A DNA stretch of 64,000 nucleotides, from contig NIVC01003109.1 of the NCBI GenBank assembly GCA_002269645.1, positions 54,943-118,942 of the forward strand. The letters run 5' to 3'. A program made the position numbers and the translations under genes. This stretch comes from Macrostomum lignano (Eukaryota). Every line of letters begins with the position of its first letter. The stretch's first letter is position 1. Below are positions 42,096-55,190 of the stretch, piece after piece. The notes beneath the pieces are model-generated. The model was given only the letters and a program-made list of their open reading frames with translations, was not told the origin of the DNA and did not search any database.

Positions 42096-45016
42096 CATAC
42101 ATGCGCAACTTCTGAAATTACGCTGGCCGTGCGACTTAGTTTTCGATAAAAAATGCGACTTACCTATGAAAGAGCCAAGCAAAAACTTTAGGTAAACGGC
42201 AGGAGTAACTATGACCATATTTTTAAAGCTAAATGCCTCGCCAGCTAATTAGTGCTGCGTGCAGATTCCGCGTTTTTATAACAGCTAATCAGTATGTCGT
42301 CTAGTGGCGGCATGAAGCAATTAGTAAATTGTCAGTACAGTGTAGTGAGCATACTACAAAAGTCATGATTCATGAATGTCCAGAAGTAAGTGAAGTGAAT
42401 ACAGTGTGACCTATAGCTCAAGAACGATTTGCTAGACGATTTGGCATGGAAGATGAGAGCCCTGATTCAGATGGCTCATCAGATGCAGAATACGAATCCA
42501 GTAGAGATACAAGCTGTGAAAACCCACAGATTTTTAAACCACTGAATTCTAATTCCCGGAACTATTTTTGCATAGATTCTAAATTTGAAGTCATGCTCAA
42601 ACAAAAACTTGTTAACAGTTAGGAAAAAGGCAAAGATGGGAGTAATGCATGTTAAACTAAGATTTGAGGCCTTTGCAAATTCTCTCCATTCCTCAATCTT
42701 CTCATCCTCTTTTTCTTTTCTCTCTCATCCCTTATCCCTTCTCTCTTTCCTCTCCTCTCTCCTCTCTTTCCTCTCCTCTCCTATCTCTTCTGTCTCCTCT
42801 CTACATTCTTATCTCTCCTCTTGTCTCTCTCCATTCCACTCTACTCTCTCATCTTATCTTCCCTCTCGTCTCTCTCCACTCTACTCTCTCATCTTATCTC
42901 TCCTCTCTTTTCTACTCTCTCATCTCTCCTCTCTTCACTCTCCTCTCATCTCCTCTTTATCCTCTCTTCTCTCATCTACTCTCTCCTCTTTCCTCTTTCC
43001 TCTCTTCTGATCTTATCCATCATCTTTTCTTTCCTCTTTTCTCTCATCTCCTCTTCTCTCTCATCTCTTTTTCCTCCCTCAGCTTTTCTCTCCTCTTCTA
43101 TCTTTTCTCCCATCGCATCGCTCGCCTCTCCTCTGTTTGCTTATCTCTAATCTTCTATTCCCTCTACTTTGAAGTAAGAAAATATGCACATATTTTTGCT
43201 GAAGATAAGAGGAGAGAAGAGGGCATTGAGGAGAAAGGGTAGAGAGAAAGGGGGAGAAGAGAGGAGAGTAAAAATGAGAGGAGAGAGAAGAGGGAAAAGG
43301 GGGAGAGAGAGAAGAGGGGAGGCAAGGTAGAGAAGAAGAGAGAGATGAGAGTTGAAGAGACACCAACCTTGCTACTCGTAGTTAGGAAGTTTCAAAGAAC
43401 CCGAGGGGCGAGGGCCAGATAGAGGGGCTTCGCGAGCCGGAGTTTGCCAACCCCTGCTCCAGAGTTTAAGAAATGACGCGGGCTTCTGATTTCAAAGATC
43501 TTGTCTGTGGTTGAAGGCTTCTATTCTGTTTTTGCTCTCCTGCCACACTTGCACCTACTACCCCCTGATTGCCTCTGATTGTGACTTACTTCCCTCTTAT
43601 TGCGACTTAGTTGCTTCTTTTTGCGACTTACCTAATCCTTTTTGCGACTTACTTAATCCTTTTTGCGACTTACCTAATCCTTTTGCGACTTACCTAACCC
43701 TTTTGCGACTTACCTAATCCTTTTTGCGACTTACTTAATCCTTTTTGCGACTTACTTAATCCTTTTGCGACTTACCTAACCCTTTGCGACTTACCTAACC
43801 CTTTGTGACTTACCTAATCCTTTTTGCGACTTACCTAATCCTTTTTGCGACTTACTTAATCCTTTTTGCGACTTACCTAATCCTTTTGCGACTTACCTAA
43901 CCCTTTTGCGACTTACCTAACCCTTTGCGACTTACCTAACCCTTTGTGACTTACCTAATCCTTTTTGCGACTTACCTAATCCTTTTTGCGACTTACTTAA
44001 TCCTTTTTGCGACTTACCTAATCCTTTTGCGACTTACCTAACCCTTTTGCGACTTACCTAATTCTTTTTGCGACTTACTTAATCCTTTTTGCGACTTACC
44101 TAATCCTTTTTGCGACTTACCTAATCCTTTTTGCGACTTACCTAATCCTTTTTGCGACTTACCTAATCCTTTTTGCGACTTACCTAACCCTTTGTGACTT
44201 AGCTAATCCTTTTTGCGACTTACCTAACCCTTTGTGACTTACCTAATCCTTTTTGCGACTTACCTAATCCTTTTTGCGACTTACTTAATCCTTTTGCGAC
44301 TTACCTAACCCTTTGTGACTTACCTAATCCTTTTTGCGACTTACCTAATCCTTTTTGCGACTTACCTAATCCTTTTTGCGACTTACTTAATCCTTTTGCG
44401 ACTTACCTAACCCTTTGTGACTTACCTAATCCTTTTTGCGACTTACCTAATCCTTTTTGCGACTTACCTAATCCTTTTGCGACTTAGCTGATCCTTTTTG
44501 TGACTTACCTAATCCTTTTTGCGACTTACCTAATCCTTTTTGGGACTTACCTAATCCTTTTTGCGACTTACCTAACCCTTTTGCGACTTACCTGATTCCT
44601 GTTGCGACTTACCTAATCCTTTTTGCGACTTACTTAATCCTTTTTGCGACTTACCTAATCCTTTTTGCGACTTACCTAATCCTTTTTGCGACTTACCTAA
44701 TCCTTTTTGGGACTTACCTAATCCTTTTTGCGACTTACCTAACCCTTTTGCGACTTACCTGATTCCTGTTGCGACTTACCTGATCCTTTTTGCGACTTAC
44801 CTGAATATTTTTATAACTTAGTTTGCTTCTTTTGCGAATTGTTTTTCTTTTGCTTCATTATTTTCCCTGAACTGCTCTTTCTTTCGCTTTCCTCTTGCCT
44901 TTCTTGGTTCTTGTGTTTTTCTGTTTTTGGTTGACTCAATTTTGCGACTTACCCCTGGTCAGCCACGATTTACGGTGGCCGGATCGGCCAGGTCGGCCAG
45001 CAGTTGCGCATGTATG
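42096..45016. mobile_element. Inner tier of the same family, in inverted orientation (2921 bp)
   Basis: TIRs at both ends; 8-bp TSD TTTGAGCA at 42088-42095 and 45017-45024. The same site occurs once, unduplicated, inside this copy (TGCTCAAA, about 42593-42600). Confidence 0.93.
43612..44812. repeat. Inverted, expanded version of the same array in the inner element
   Basis: (GCGACTTACCTAATCCTTTTT)n, about 480 bp longer than in the middle tier. Confidence 0.95.
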
Positions 45017-47604
45017 TTTGAGCATGACTTCAAATTTAGAATCTACGCAAAAATAGTTCCGGGAATTAGAATTCAGTGGTTTAAAAATCTGTGGGTTTTC
45101 ACAGCTTGTATCTCTACTGGATTCGTATTCTGCATCTGATGAGCCATCTGAATCAGGGCTCTCATCTTCCATGCCAAATCGTCTAGCAAATCGTTCTTGA
45201 GCTATAGGTCACACTGTATTCACTTCACTTACTTCTGGACATTCATGAATCATGACTTTTGTAGTATGCTCACTACACTGTACTGACAATTTACTAATTG
45301 CTTCATGCCGCCACTAGATGACACTGATTAGCTGTTATAAAAACGCGGAATCTGCACGCAGGACTAATTAGCTGGCGAGGCATTTAGCTTTAAAAAATAT
45401 GGTCATAGTTACTCCTGCCGTTTATCTAAAGTTTTTGCTTGGCTCTTTCATAGGTAAGTCGCATTTTTTATCGAAAACTAAGTCGCACGGCCAGCGTAAT
45501 TTCAGAAGTTGCGCATGTATGTATAGTTACCTCTTACCATTTACCCAGACTTGCATTAATTTTGCCTTAGGGTTTCTTTTATATGTAAATCACACTTTTG
45601 GCCAAAAACTGTTGCATTTTTTTGTTAAAACTAAGTCACATGGCCAACTGAATTCTGGAGGTTGCGCATGCATGTTCTATGGAGTGACTAGCTTGCCACC
45701 ATTGTCAATAGGTCAAACATTGAGCTTGTGTGTCATGCTCTAGATATTGATTGCCAAGCTACAATGCAAGAGCTATCAACCATTATTGGCATCTCATCAA
45801 TGATCATTCACTCAATCCTGATGTAGGGTTTAGAGGGCATTATTATATAAAACATAAAGTTCTTCAATACACTCAAACTTGTCCTCTTCCAAAGAATAGA
45901 AAATCAATCATTGTGATGTTTATGACCTCAGAACTATTTTTGGCCGCACTCTGCAAACCACCAGACTAGTTGAAACCATGATCCATTGAAGGTATTTTTA
46001 CTTTGTTAGATGAACCTATAGAGAAAAGAGGAAATTAAAAATAGACTTGCAGTTTTATTAGCTTTGTTATCTAGATATTGATAAATATCTGATAAATATT
46101 GATAAATAATTAAAAAGTTAAACAAATTGTGAAACTTACCTGTTGGGCTTTCTTTGAGTTTGCAGTTGACCATAGCACAGATAAGACTTGTAGTCTGGAA
46201 TAAAATTAGGCAAAAATGTTAAATAAGATATGATTTATTTATTAATTATAAACATTATTTCAAACCTCTTCTAAGTCAAATAATAGCGAAATATTAATTT
46301 AAAGCAATATGAAATGCTTATTTCAATATTTTAAAGAGTCACTAAGAGTCCTTGTGGTTTTCAGGTCTTTATAGTTGAAAGCCTTCATGCATTTTAAAAA
46401 GAATAGATCTTTATAAGCTAAAATTCTTTAAAATACATTTTAAATTGTTGGAGTACCTTATAAGTCAGTTTATTCACTTGCAAAAACTAATTAATTCACT
46501 CACTGATGTTCTTTGTCCACTTACTGACGTCACTTGTCCACTGATCGATGCCATCAGTAAGTGGACATTTTGTGCTATTTTAATAATATGGCACCTCTTA
46601 CAAACACTATTTCAATCAATTTCCTACAGTAAAACATGGTAAAACACACTCAATTTAGATAGGAATAGTGGGAAGAAACATAAAATACTAGCAGAACTGC
46701 TACACAATAATAAATAGCCATTGGTAAGTGGAAACCTTGTGCTATTAGAGTATTGCTCAAAAAATGTTTTGCAATGTTCAGAAACAAATATCTTCATTAG
46801 TGTCTAAGAAATTGCAGGACAATATGAATGCACAAGAAATTTTAAAATATAATAATACAGATACAGCCGACTTACCAAAATTAAATTCTAGGCATCGATC
46901 AGTAGACACAATAGGTGTTGATAAGTGGAAATCAAAAATGGAAGGCATACTTTGCTTTAAAAAATCAAAATGGCTAGCACTTTTTAAATAATATTAAGTA
47001 GTAAAACAAAACAACTATATGATAAAAAGAAAAAATGACACCAAAATAGAGTGTCCCTATTTACTACAAATAAAATTATTGTTATTTAATAGGAAGATGC
47101 TTCAAAAATGACATTCATTTTGTTGAATTTTCCGAACTTTTACACAATAAAAACTTTGCATTTCAACTTACCAATCTTTTAAATTATGTTTTAAATAGAA
47201 ATTAGTTGTCTAATCTATTTTTTATTGTTATGGTGCTGCAAAAATTCTCTGTTTGGTAAAAATTTTAGAAAGACACGAAAAAAATTTTCTATATTCATTT
47301 TTGGATTCACCTATAGGTGATTTTGATTTTTAGGATTTTATGATTATATAAGAGTGGGATTGAAATTTTTATATAATATATTGCCATATATAGAGGTTGG
47401 ATATAATCAAAATTTTAGGGATTGGGTAGGTGGGATTAGGATCCCAATTTTTGCTTAGAAACTAGGAGTTCAGGATTAAAATTAGAAACCCATATTTTTC
47501 CTTTATTTGCTAAGAAAACTCAAATTAAATGACAGTTAAAAGATGCTATCAGAGAGTTGTTATACTATGTCCTGCAGAAAGTTGGTTGAAGATGCAGTGG
47601 CTTA

Positions 47605-47930
47605 TTAAGAGTTGCTGAAATGCCATGGCTCATTGTAGGAATTGCTGAGATGCCATGGCTCATTGTAGGAATTGCTGAGATGCCATGGCTCATTAAGAGT
47701 TGCTGAGATGCCATGGCTCATTGTAGGAATTGCTGAGATGCCATGGCTCATTGTAGGAATTGCTGAGATGCCATGGCTCATTGTAGGAATTGCTGAGATG
47801 CCATGGCTCATTAAGAGTTGCTGAGATGCCATGGCTCATTGTAGGAATTGCTGAGATGCCATGGCTCAATGTAGGAATTGCTGAGATGCCATGGCTCATT
47901 GTAGGAATTGCTGAGATGCCATGGCTCATG
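47605..47930. repeat. 27/30-bp minisatellite GCTGAGATGCCATGGCTCATTGTAGGAATT
   Basis: About 11 copies just upstream of the acceptor at 48019. Confidence 0.95.
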
Positions 47931-48038
47931 TCTGTCTACTAAGGGACATTTAAAAATAATATTTAGTCTTTAAACAAGTTTTAATGGACTCCAATTCATT
48001 TTTACAACTTCCATTGCAGTTGAGCTATAATCTTACAA

Positions 48039-51000
48039 ATGATTATTCAGTGGTCTCCTAATCTTGCAACATGGGTTAGAACAAGAATCAAGACCTGTCT
48101 ATTTGTTGTCAACTCACTACTGCTAGTAGGTGGAGCTCTGTTGCTGGGTGTTTGCTGGCGCGTGTTCACCCAGTTTGATGCAATGCGGTACTCATCCCTG
48201 GGTCTAGTGAATATCAACTCTATTGTGCTCATCCGAGTTGGTTTTGTCTTCTGTGCATTTCTGGCTATTTTTATAGCTGCACTCGGATGCGTTGTAGCTT
48301 GTAAAGAAAGTTGTGGATTTGTTCAGCTGGTAAGAATTTGTTTTACTTCTCAATTGTCACTTTATTGCTCTGAAAATTGTCACTTAAGTGTCGTGAGAAT
48401 TGCTATTTAATTGCCATAAGAATCGTCACTTTATCGCTCTGAGAATCGTCATTTTATCGCTCTGAGAATCGTCACTTTATCGCTCTGAGAATCGTCACTT
48501 TACCGCTCTGAGAATCGTCATTTTATTGCCCTCTGAGAATCGTCACTTTATCGCTCTGAGAATTGTCACTTAATCGCCCTGAGAATCGTCACTTTACCGC
48601 TCTGAGAATCGTCATTTTATTGCCCTCTGAGAATCGTCACTTTATCGCTCTGAGAATTGTCACTTAATCGCCCTGAGAATCGTCACTTTACCGCTCTGAG
48701 AATCGTCATTTTATTGCCCTCTGAGAATCGTCACTTTATCGCTCTGAGAATCGTCACTTTATCGCCCTGAGAATCGTCACTTTATCGCTCTGAGAAGAAT
48801 CGTCACTTTATCGCCGTGAGAATCGTCACTTTATCGCCCTGAGAAGAATCGTCACTTTATCGCCCTGAGAATCGTCACTTTATTGCCCTGAGAATCGTCA
48901 CTTTATCGCTCTGAGAATCGTCACTTTATCGCTCTGAGAAGAATCGTCACTTTATCGCTCTGAGAATCGTCACTTTATCGCTCTGAGAAGAATCGTCACT
49001 TTATCGCCCTGAGAATCGTCACTTTATTGCCCTGAGAAGAATCGTCACTTTATCGCTCTGAGAATCGTCACTTTATCGCTCTGAGAAGAATCGTCACTTT
49101 ATCGCCCTGAGAATCGTCACTTTATTGCCCTGAGAATCGTCACTTTATCGCCCTAAGAATCATCACTTTATCGCTCTGAGAAGAATCGTCACTTTATCGC
49201 CCTAAGAATCATCACTTTATCGCTCTGAGAAGAATCGTCACTTTATCGCCCTAAGAATCGTCACTTTATCGCTCTGAGAATCGTCACTTTATCGCCCTGA
49301 GAATCGTCACTTTATCGCTCTGAGAATCGTCACTTTATCGCTTTGAGAATCGTCACTTTATCGCTTTGAGAATCGTCACTTTATCGCCCTAAGAATCGTC
49401 ACTTTATTTCTCTGAGAATCGTCACTTTATCTCTCTGAGAATCGTCACTTTCTCTCTGAGAATCGTCACTTTATTGCTCTGGTAATCGTCATTCAATACC
49501 TAAATGTAATGGCCTTTAAACTGGTCCATAAATGTTCACCTGATTCACCTTAGTAGTATTTCCTTAGTTAGGTACCCCAGCTTACATGACGATCGCAATT
49601 ATAAAACAAGGCGTATTTATTGTGCCTAACTGCTAATTTTAGTTAAGCATACGCCATAAAGTGTTTAAGTGGTTTATTAGTTTGAAATCTATCGCAACTA
49701 ATTTTGTTTACACTCGACTTAATTTAATTTTTATTTATAACTAACACTGCCTGACAGCACCTGGCTCTGCTGGCTCTGCTATTGATGGCTCACCTGTCGG
49801 CTGTGTCATTAGCGGCAGCCAGTGCCAGTCGGTATCGAACCATTGACGACTCTAAACTGTCTCTCAAAAGCATCAGAGATCAGTATGGATTGTTTAGTAG
49901 AAATTCTACTGCGGATGGTGACGTCACTGCGGCTGTTGATACTTTTCAAGCTGAGGTAAGCTGTTTTTATCAACGTTGCTGTCACGTTTTTTGCAGCGCA
50001 CTTTTAAGTTTGTTGCGTGAACTTGAATTTGATGAATTTTGATGAATTGTGACGTAAATTCATTAAGTTGTACCGGTTGCGTACATGCATGCACTGGAAT
50101 GTAAATTGCCTTTTGTTCTAAATGATACAGATTTAAATCAGAAGATAGTAGACAGTGCAGTTCTCACCGAACTTCGCTCCCCTCCCATCTTCTCCCTCTC
50201 CTCTCTTTCCCTGTGACCTTTCCTTCCTATCATCGTCTCCCCCTCATCTCTTATCTCCCTCTCCCCATCTCCCTCTCCCCATCTCCCTCTCCCCATCTCC
50301 CTCTCCCCATCTCCCTCTCCCCATCTCCCTCTCCCCATCTCCCTCTCCCCATCTCCCTCTCCCCATCTCCCTCTCCCCATCTCCCTCTCCCCATCTCCCT
50401 CTCCCCCATTTTCTCCCATCTCCCTCTCTCCCATTTTCTCCCATCTCCCTCTCCCCCATTTTCTCCCATCTCCCTCTCCCCATCTCCCCATTTCTCTCCC
50501 CCCATCTCCCTCTCACCACTTGTCTCCCTCTCCCCCATCTCCCTCTCCCTATCTCCCTCTCTCCTATATCCATCTAACCTCTTGTGTCCCTCTTCCCTTT
50601 CTCCCTCTCACCTCTTCTCTTCCATCTCCCTCATCTCTTCTCTCCCATCTCCCTCATCTCTTTTCTCCCTTCTCCCTCATCTCTTCTCTCCCATCTCCCT
50701 CATCTCTTCTCTCCCATCTCCCTCATCTCTTCTCTCCCATCTCCCTCATCTCTTCTCTCCCATCTCCCTCATCTCTTCTCTCTCATCTCCCTCATCTCTT
50801 CTCTCCCTTCTCCCTCATCTCTTCTCTCCCATCTCCCTCATCTCTTCTCTCCCATCTCCCTCATCTCTTCTCTCCCATCTCCCTCATCTCTTCTCTCCCA
50901 TCTCCCTCATCTCTTCTCTCCCATCTCCCTCATCTCTTCTCTCCCATCTCCCTCATCTCTTCTCTCCCATCTCCCTCATCTCTTCTCTCCCATCTCCCTC

Positions 51001-52148
51001 ATCTCTTCTCTCCCATCTCCCTCATCTTGTCTCTCCCATCTCCTTCATCTCTTCTCTCCCATCTCCCTCATCTTTTCTCTCCCATCTCCCTTCCTCATCT
51101 CCCTCATCTCTTGTCTTCCTCTCACCTCTTCTCTCCATCTCCCCCTTTTTCTATCCTTCTTCTTCCTTCCTATTTGCATGAGCTCCTCTCTATTCCCATA
51201 ATTGTTCTTCACGAAACGCGGCTTTTTAAACTTCTTCAAGGCACGCAAAGCAACTAAGGCAAACGAATCAGTAGTCACCATAACTAAATAGAATTATTCT
51301 TTCAAATTTCAGTTCACATGCTGCGGCTGGTCGGGCCGGGTCGGATCGCGCAACATTTTCCTAGAAACTCCCTGGTTCCGACGCCAGGGCTCGGGGAACT
51401 CCGCTACTCATAAACTGTTTTATTATCCAGAGTCCTGCTGCAACCCTGCCGTTGACAGGGAAAAACTTTCGAAATGCACCTTGGCTGAGAATGAGCTGCT
51501 AGCCAGGCGAATTGGCTATATGCACCCAGCTGTGAGTCCACTGCTTTTGGGGCCTTGTCTCTGAGCACAGTCAGCCATCTTGCCCTCCCTATCCTAGCCT
51601 CCCCCTTTTCAATACCCTTTCCCTTCATCTCCCACCGTCCCTCTCCATCTCCCACCGTCCCTCTCCATCTCCCAGCATCCCTCTCCATCTCCCAGCATCC
51701 CTCTCCATCTCCCGACCTCTTTCCATCTCCCAGTCTACCTCTCTATCTCCCAGCTTCCCTTTCCATCTCTCACCCACTCCATCTTCCAGCCTACATCTCT
51801 ATCTCCCACCCTAAGCCACTCTGTCCGCCTCTATGTAAATAATCTAAATAACTTTTAAAAAGATTTCCTATCCCAATTTCCCATTCCAAGGACTGCATCG
51901 ATCTGTTCATTGAAGCTTGTCATACGGGATTTCGAACGGCAACAGGCGTATCTGTGATGCTAATGACTTTTCAGGTAAGAATTTTGATGAGATTCCTTAT
52001 TCATATATCAATGTTTACACTGCCACATCTCTAAATCCGTAAATCATGTATATATTTTCAGTTAATCTGCCTAGTTTTTGACTCCATCGCTATCAACGCG
52101 TTCTATTCATTGGATAATCGAGTCTATGATAAAGGTCAATTCGTTTGA
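48039..52148 (+). CDS. Tetraspanin (about 292 aa). Exons 48039-48329, 49758-49955, 51313-51531, 51891-51974, 52062-52148
   Basis: All introns are GT-AG and phase 0, and the frame is open to TGA. Four hydrophobic segments and LGCVVACKES after TM2. The large loop has CCG, PESCC and two further Cys (6-Cys type). Confidence 0.92.
48410..49495. repeat. 23/26-bp minisatellite GAGAATCGTCACTTTATCGCTCT in tetraspanin intron 1
   Basis: About 45 copies. Confidence 0.97.
50240..51120. repeat. Polypyrimidine minisatellites (14-bp CTCCCCATCTCCCT and a 22-bp derivative) in tetraspanin intron 2
   Basis: Direct inspection. Confidence 0.95.
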
Positions 52149-52269
52149 CCTGCATCTTGTTCTAAAAATATTTAATTCTTTTAGCTTTTTTGTGATAATT
52201 TACTTATCAGTAGTGTGTTTATTGTTTTTTTTTTAGTCGAATTTTTCATACTTTTTTACATGAATTTGG

Positions 52270-54469
52270 TGTAACCGCCCTTGTCGCCTGTCCGCTCCGT
52301 AGAGAGACGAACGCATGGCTAGAGGGGGCAATGACCGTAGGCTGCCTAGGACCGGGCAATGACCTGACGGACCTCCAGCACCAGACTGTCCCGCCCACAT
52401 GATTAGTAGCTTTGGTAGCGCTTCGTGACCAGAGGGCCAAGGACCCACATGGACCCCACCTGTAGCCAAGGTGCAATAGTTGGTCACTCGGTCATGGTAT
52501 GACCGAGTGGCTGCCACCACTCTATGTGACCTGGCGCACCTGGATCTTTCTACCAGACCTCTCGAGGCTAGAGCCCCGCCTGGATTGGTTACCAGGGGAT
52601 TTAGGCTAACAGGGGAGACGCATGCAGCCGAGTACAGGGACTCTGCTTGGGGCATGATCGGGAACTCTGGGCTCAATCCTGGAGGATTTCTCAGCAGGGG
52701 ATCCTTTGTGGCTGTGAGCGAGGCTGACTTGCGACTTTGATTACTAAGAGTAGTATGAGGCGAACATGTACTATCTACAGTTTAGATTGCTCAGGGCGAA
52801 GGGACGCGTCAGCATGGGGTTGCAACCTTCCTACTGCCATTCTGTGCCAAGACTCGCTAATCCCTCTACTGCACGCACACGCGGCCCCGCAGCACGCACT
52901 CACAGGCGGGCTGTGCACGGGGAGAGGCCATTAGCTTACCCAAACTTCCTTATGCTTTGCCACCCCGGGGAAAGGCTTAGCAAGCCATGAGTGAAATGAT
53001 GGTGAAAGATTGAATAATGATGAAGTTAGTTAATAGTTAATAATTAGGCCCTTAGGCAAATAAGCAGGCAATTAGGCGGCTTCACTATTGAGTAAGATAC
53101 AGCAAAAGATACGGTATCACAATTGGCTCAGCTCTCTAATCAGACAATGGAAAATAGGCAAACCCCGGATAAGCAAAGGCAATTAGAGCACAAATTAGTA
53201 GCAGGAACTTACCGGCAGCTGCACAGAGAGAGAGAGAGGCGGAGTGACCGAGGGCGGCTGTAGGCTGCAGTCAGGCAGACGGTGAAGCGGCGATGCGCTG
53301 GAGCGACGAGGCGCTGATGTAGATCAGGCGATGCTGATGATGCTGGGCGGTATCAGACCGCTGGCCGATAGGCGAGCTCACTTGGGGAGCTAAGGATAAC
53401 TTGGCGGTAACAGACCGCGGACCGGCAGGGATTCGTCTTATAGACGAATGGGTCAGAACTCAATCTGACAGCAAGTCCAAAGAAGGACGAGGAGAGGAAC
53501 AGAGATAAACTCAGTTGAGTATTCTCATGCCGAAATCGCTTCCTTTTATAGACCTCACAGCCGCCTCCTCAAGGTCGTTACCATGGCTCCCTCTCTCTGA
53601 TTGGCTGCCGGCAGAATGACGTCAGAATGAGTCATGATGAGAAGCATGAGACCGGCATAGCAACATGAGAAATCGGGAAATTGCGCAATCCGGAGGTGGG
53701 GTGGGGGGATAATTGGCGCAGCGGGTGGTCGCGAAAGTGTTGCGCAAGCAAACATTGAGAACAATAGGGCTGGGGTCGAGAACAAAGGAATTGGAAATCG
53801 GGGATAATTGGGGAAAACTGAGAACAATGGAAAAGTAAACATTGGAGAAAAGGTGATAATTAGGTGCGAAAACGAGAACAAAAGAAAGAGAAAATCGGAG
53901 AAAATGTGATAATTGGTGGGGGTCGAGAGAACAAAAGAAGCAAAACCGAGAACAATAGAAGCGGAGGTGGGGTGGGTGTCACATGAGAAATTTGGGAAGG
54001 AGAACAATAGCGTGAGAAAAGGTTGCGCAAGAGAGGGGGATGAGTCATCGAGGGGGAGAAGGGGTCACACGACTTGCGTCACCGTTTGGGAGTTTGAGAG
54101 GGGATGGGGAGACGGTGAGCACACAAAGTACTGTAAGTAGACACAGGGAAAGAGGGGACAGCGCAGGAAAAGAGTGCAGAGGGAGACAAAAAAAGGGAGG
54201 AGGTAGAGAAAGTACAGGAAGAATAGGGCGGGAACAGAAGAGATAGGGTAGAGGGGGAGGTACAGAAAGGGGTAGGGGCTCCGGAAAGGCAGGTGTGGCG
54301 GCAGGAGAGACGGGACCAAGGCAGCAGGAGGGGTGCAGCAGAGCGGGAGTCTCCAGGCCCGGTCGGAGACCTGGCCGAGTCTCGACAGCTCTGTGCAGAG
54401 GGTGCACGGGATAGGAGGCACTTTCGAAAAAGTTCCCATGCCCTATCCCGCGACCAGAGCGTGGTTACA
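52270..54469 (-). repeat. 3' LTR, 2200 bp
   Basis: Termini TGTAACC...GGTTACA. On the minus strand, CCAAT at about 53598-53602 and TATAAAA at about 53544-53550. Confidence 0.92.
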
Positions 54470-55076
54470 TCACACCCCCACTGCCTTTTGTGACGGAACT
54501 GGTTCCGTCATCATCACTGCCCAACATGGAACCACACAGACGGGAGCGGGATCTCAACCGAACGTGAAATCACAGAATTAACAAACCGCGAGCGGGAATG
54601 GAAAAAGGCGATAAAATAGAGGGGATAGCAATAAATTCACAAAACGAGATACATAGGTTGGAGTGCAATACAGAATTTCAAAAATTTCAACTGTTGCTGT
54701 GGCTAAAGTGGGAGGGGGGAAACACAGACAGCGCAATAGTAGGGAGAAAAATAGCGAATTGTCAACAATAAATTATCATAATTGGATAGAAGCGCAGCTG
54801 GGAAAGAGAGGAAACGGGGAGGGTGAGGGAAGTGGGGAAAAAGAAGGGGGGAAGGGTTGCTAGCACACAGCCAAGGGCAGAGCCTCGGGGAGAATGACAA
54901 TTACACAGGGGAAAAATACTAATGCAGCGCAGTAAATTAATAAGCTAATTTCGCCGGGAGTTCAACCGCACGGAGGCCTAGCGTCCTTGAAGGCTCGGAC
55001 CCCGCTTCAGCCAGTCAGAGGGCTTCGGGGCGATCGGTTGTAGGCTGGGAGGCGCCGCGCCGTGCGCTGGCCACTG

Positions 55077-55190
55077 TATAAAAGGCGCCACTGATAACGG
55101 GAGCCGGCTGCCTGCAACCTACACGGAGTCGCAGTTTCCAACCAAGGCACTCAGCGCGATTTTCCAAACTATACAACTACTCGGTAAGTC
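55077..55190 (+). promoter_or_regulatory. Candidate antisense promoter and short first exon inside the LTR element
   Basis: TATAAAA at 55077-55083 after a GC-rich stretch; donor CG/GTAAGT at 55184. Confidence 0.45.

Larger units (their letters stand above)
40150..45521. mobile_element. Middle tier of the same family (own length 2443 bp), non-autonomous, hAT- or P-like
   Basis: TIR CATACATGCGCAACT ... AGTTGCGCATGTATG; 8-bp TSD TATAGTTA at 40142-40149 and 45522-45529. Confidence 0.93.
39991..45674. mobile_element. Oldest tier of the nested DNA transposon (own length 304 bp)
   Basis: Degenerate termini CATACATGTGCAAC ... GTTGCGCATGCATG; 8-bp TSD TTCTATGG at 39983-39990 and 45675-45682. Confidence 0.88.

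Noticed and set aside
41325-43366. Ser/Leu-rich ORFs
   Set aside because: Low-complexity CT/GA tracts within the nested transposon.
46141-46195. Isolated minus-strand micro-exon with good splice sites (YKSYLCYGQLQTQRKPN)
   Set aside because: Plausible, but no partner exons or homology are recognisable, so it is not supportable as a gene.
50138-51281. Pro/Ser/Leu- and Gly/Glu/Arg-repeat ORFs
   Set aside because: Frames of the polypyrimidine minisatellite in tetraspanin intron 2.
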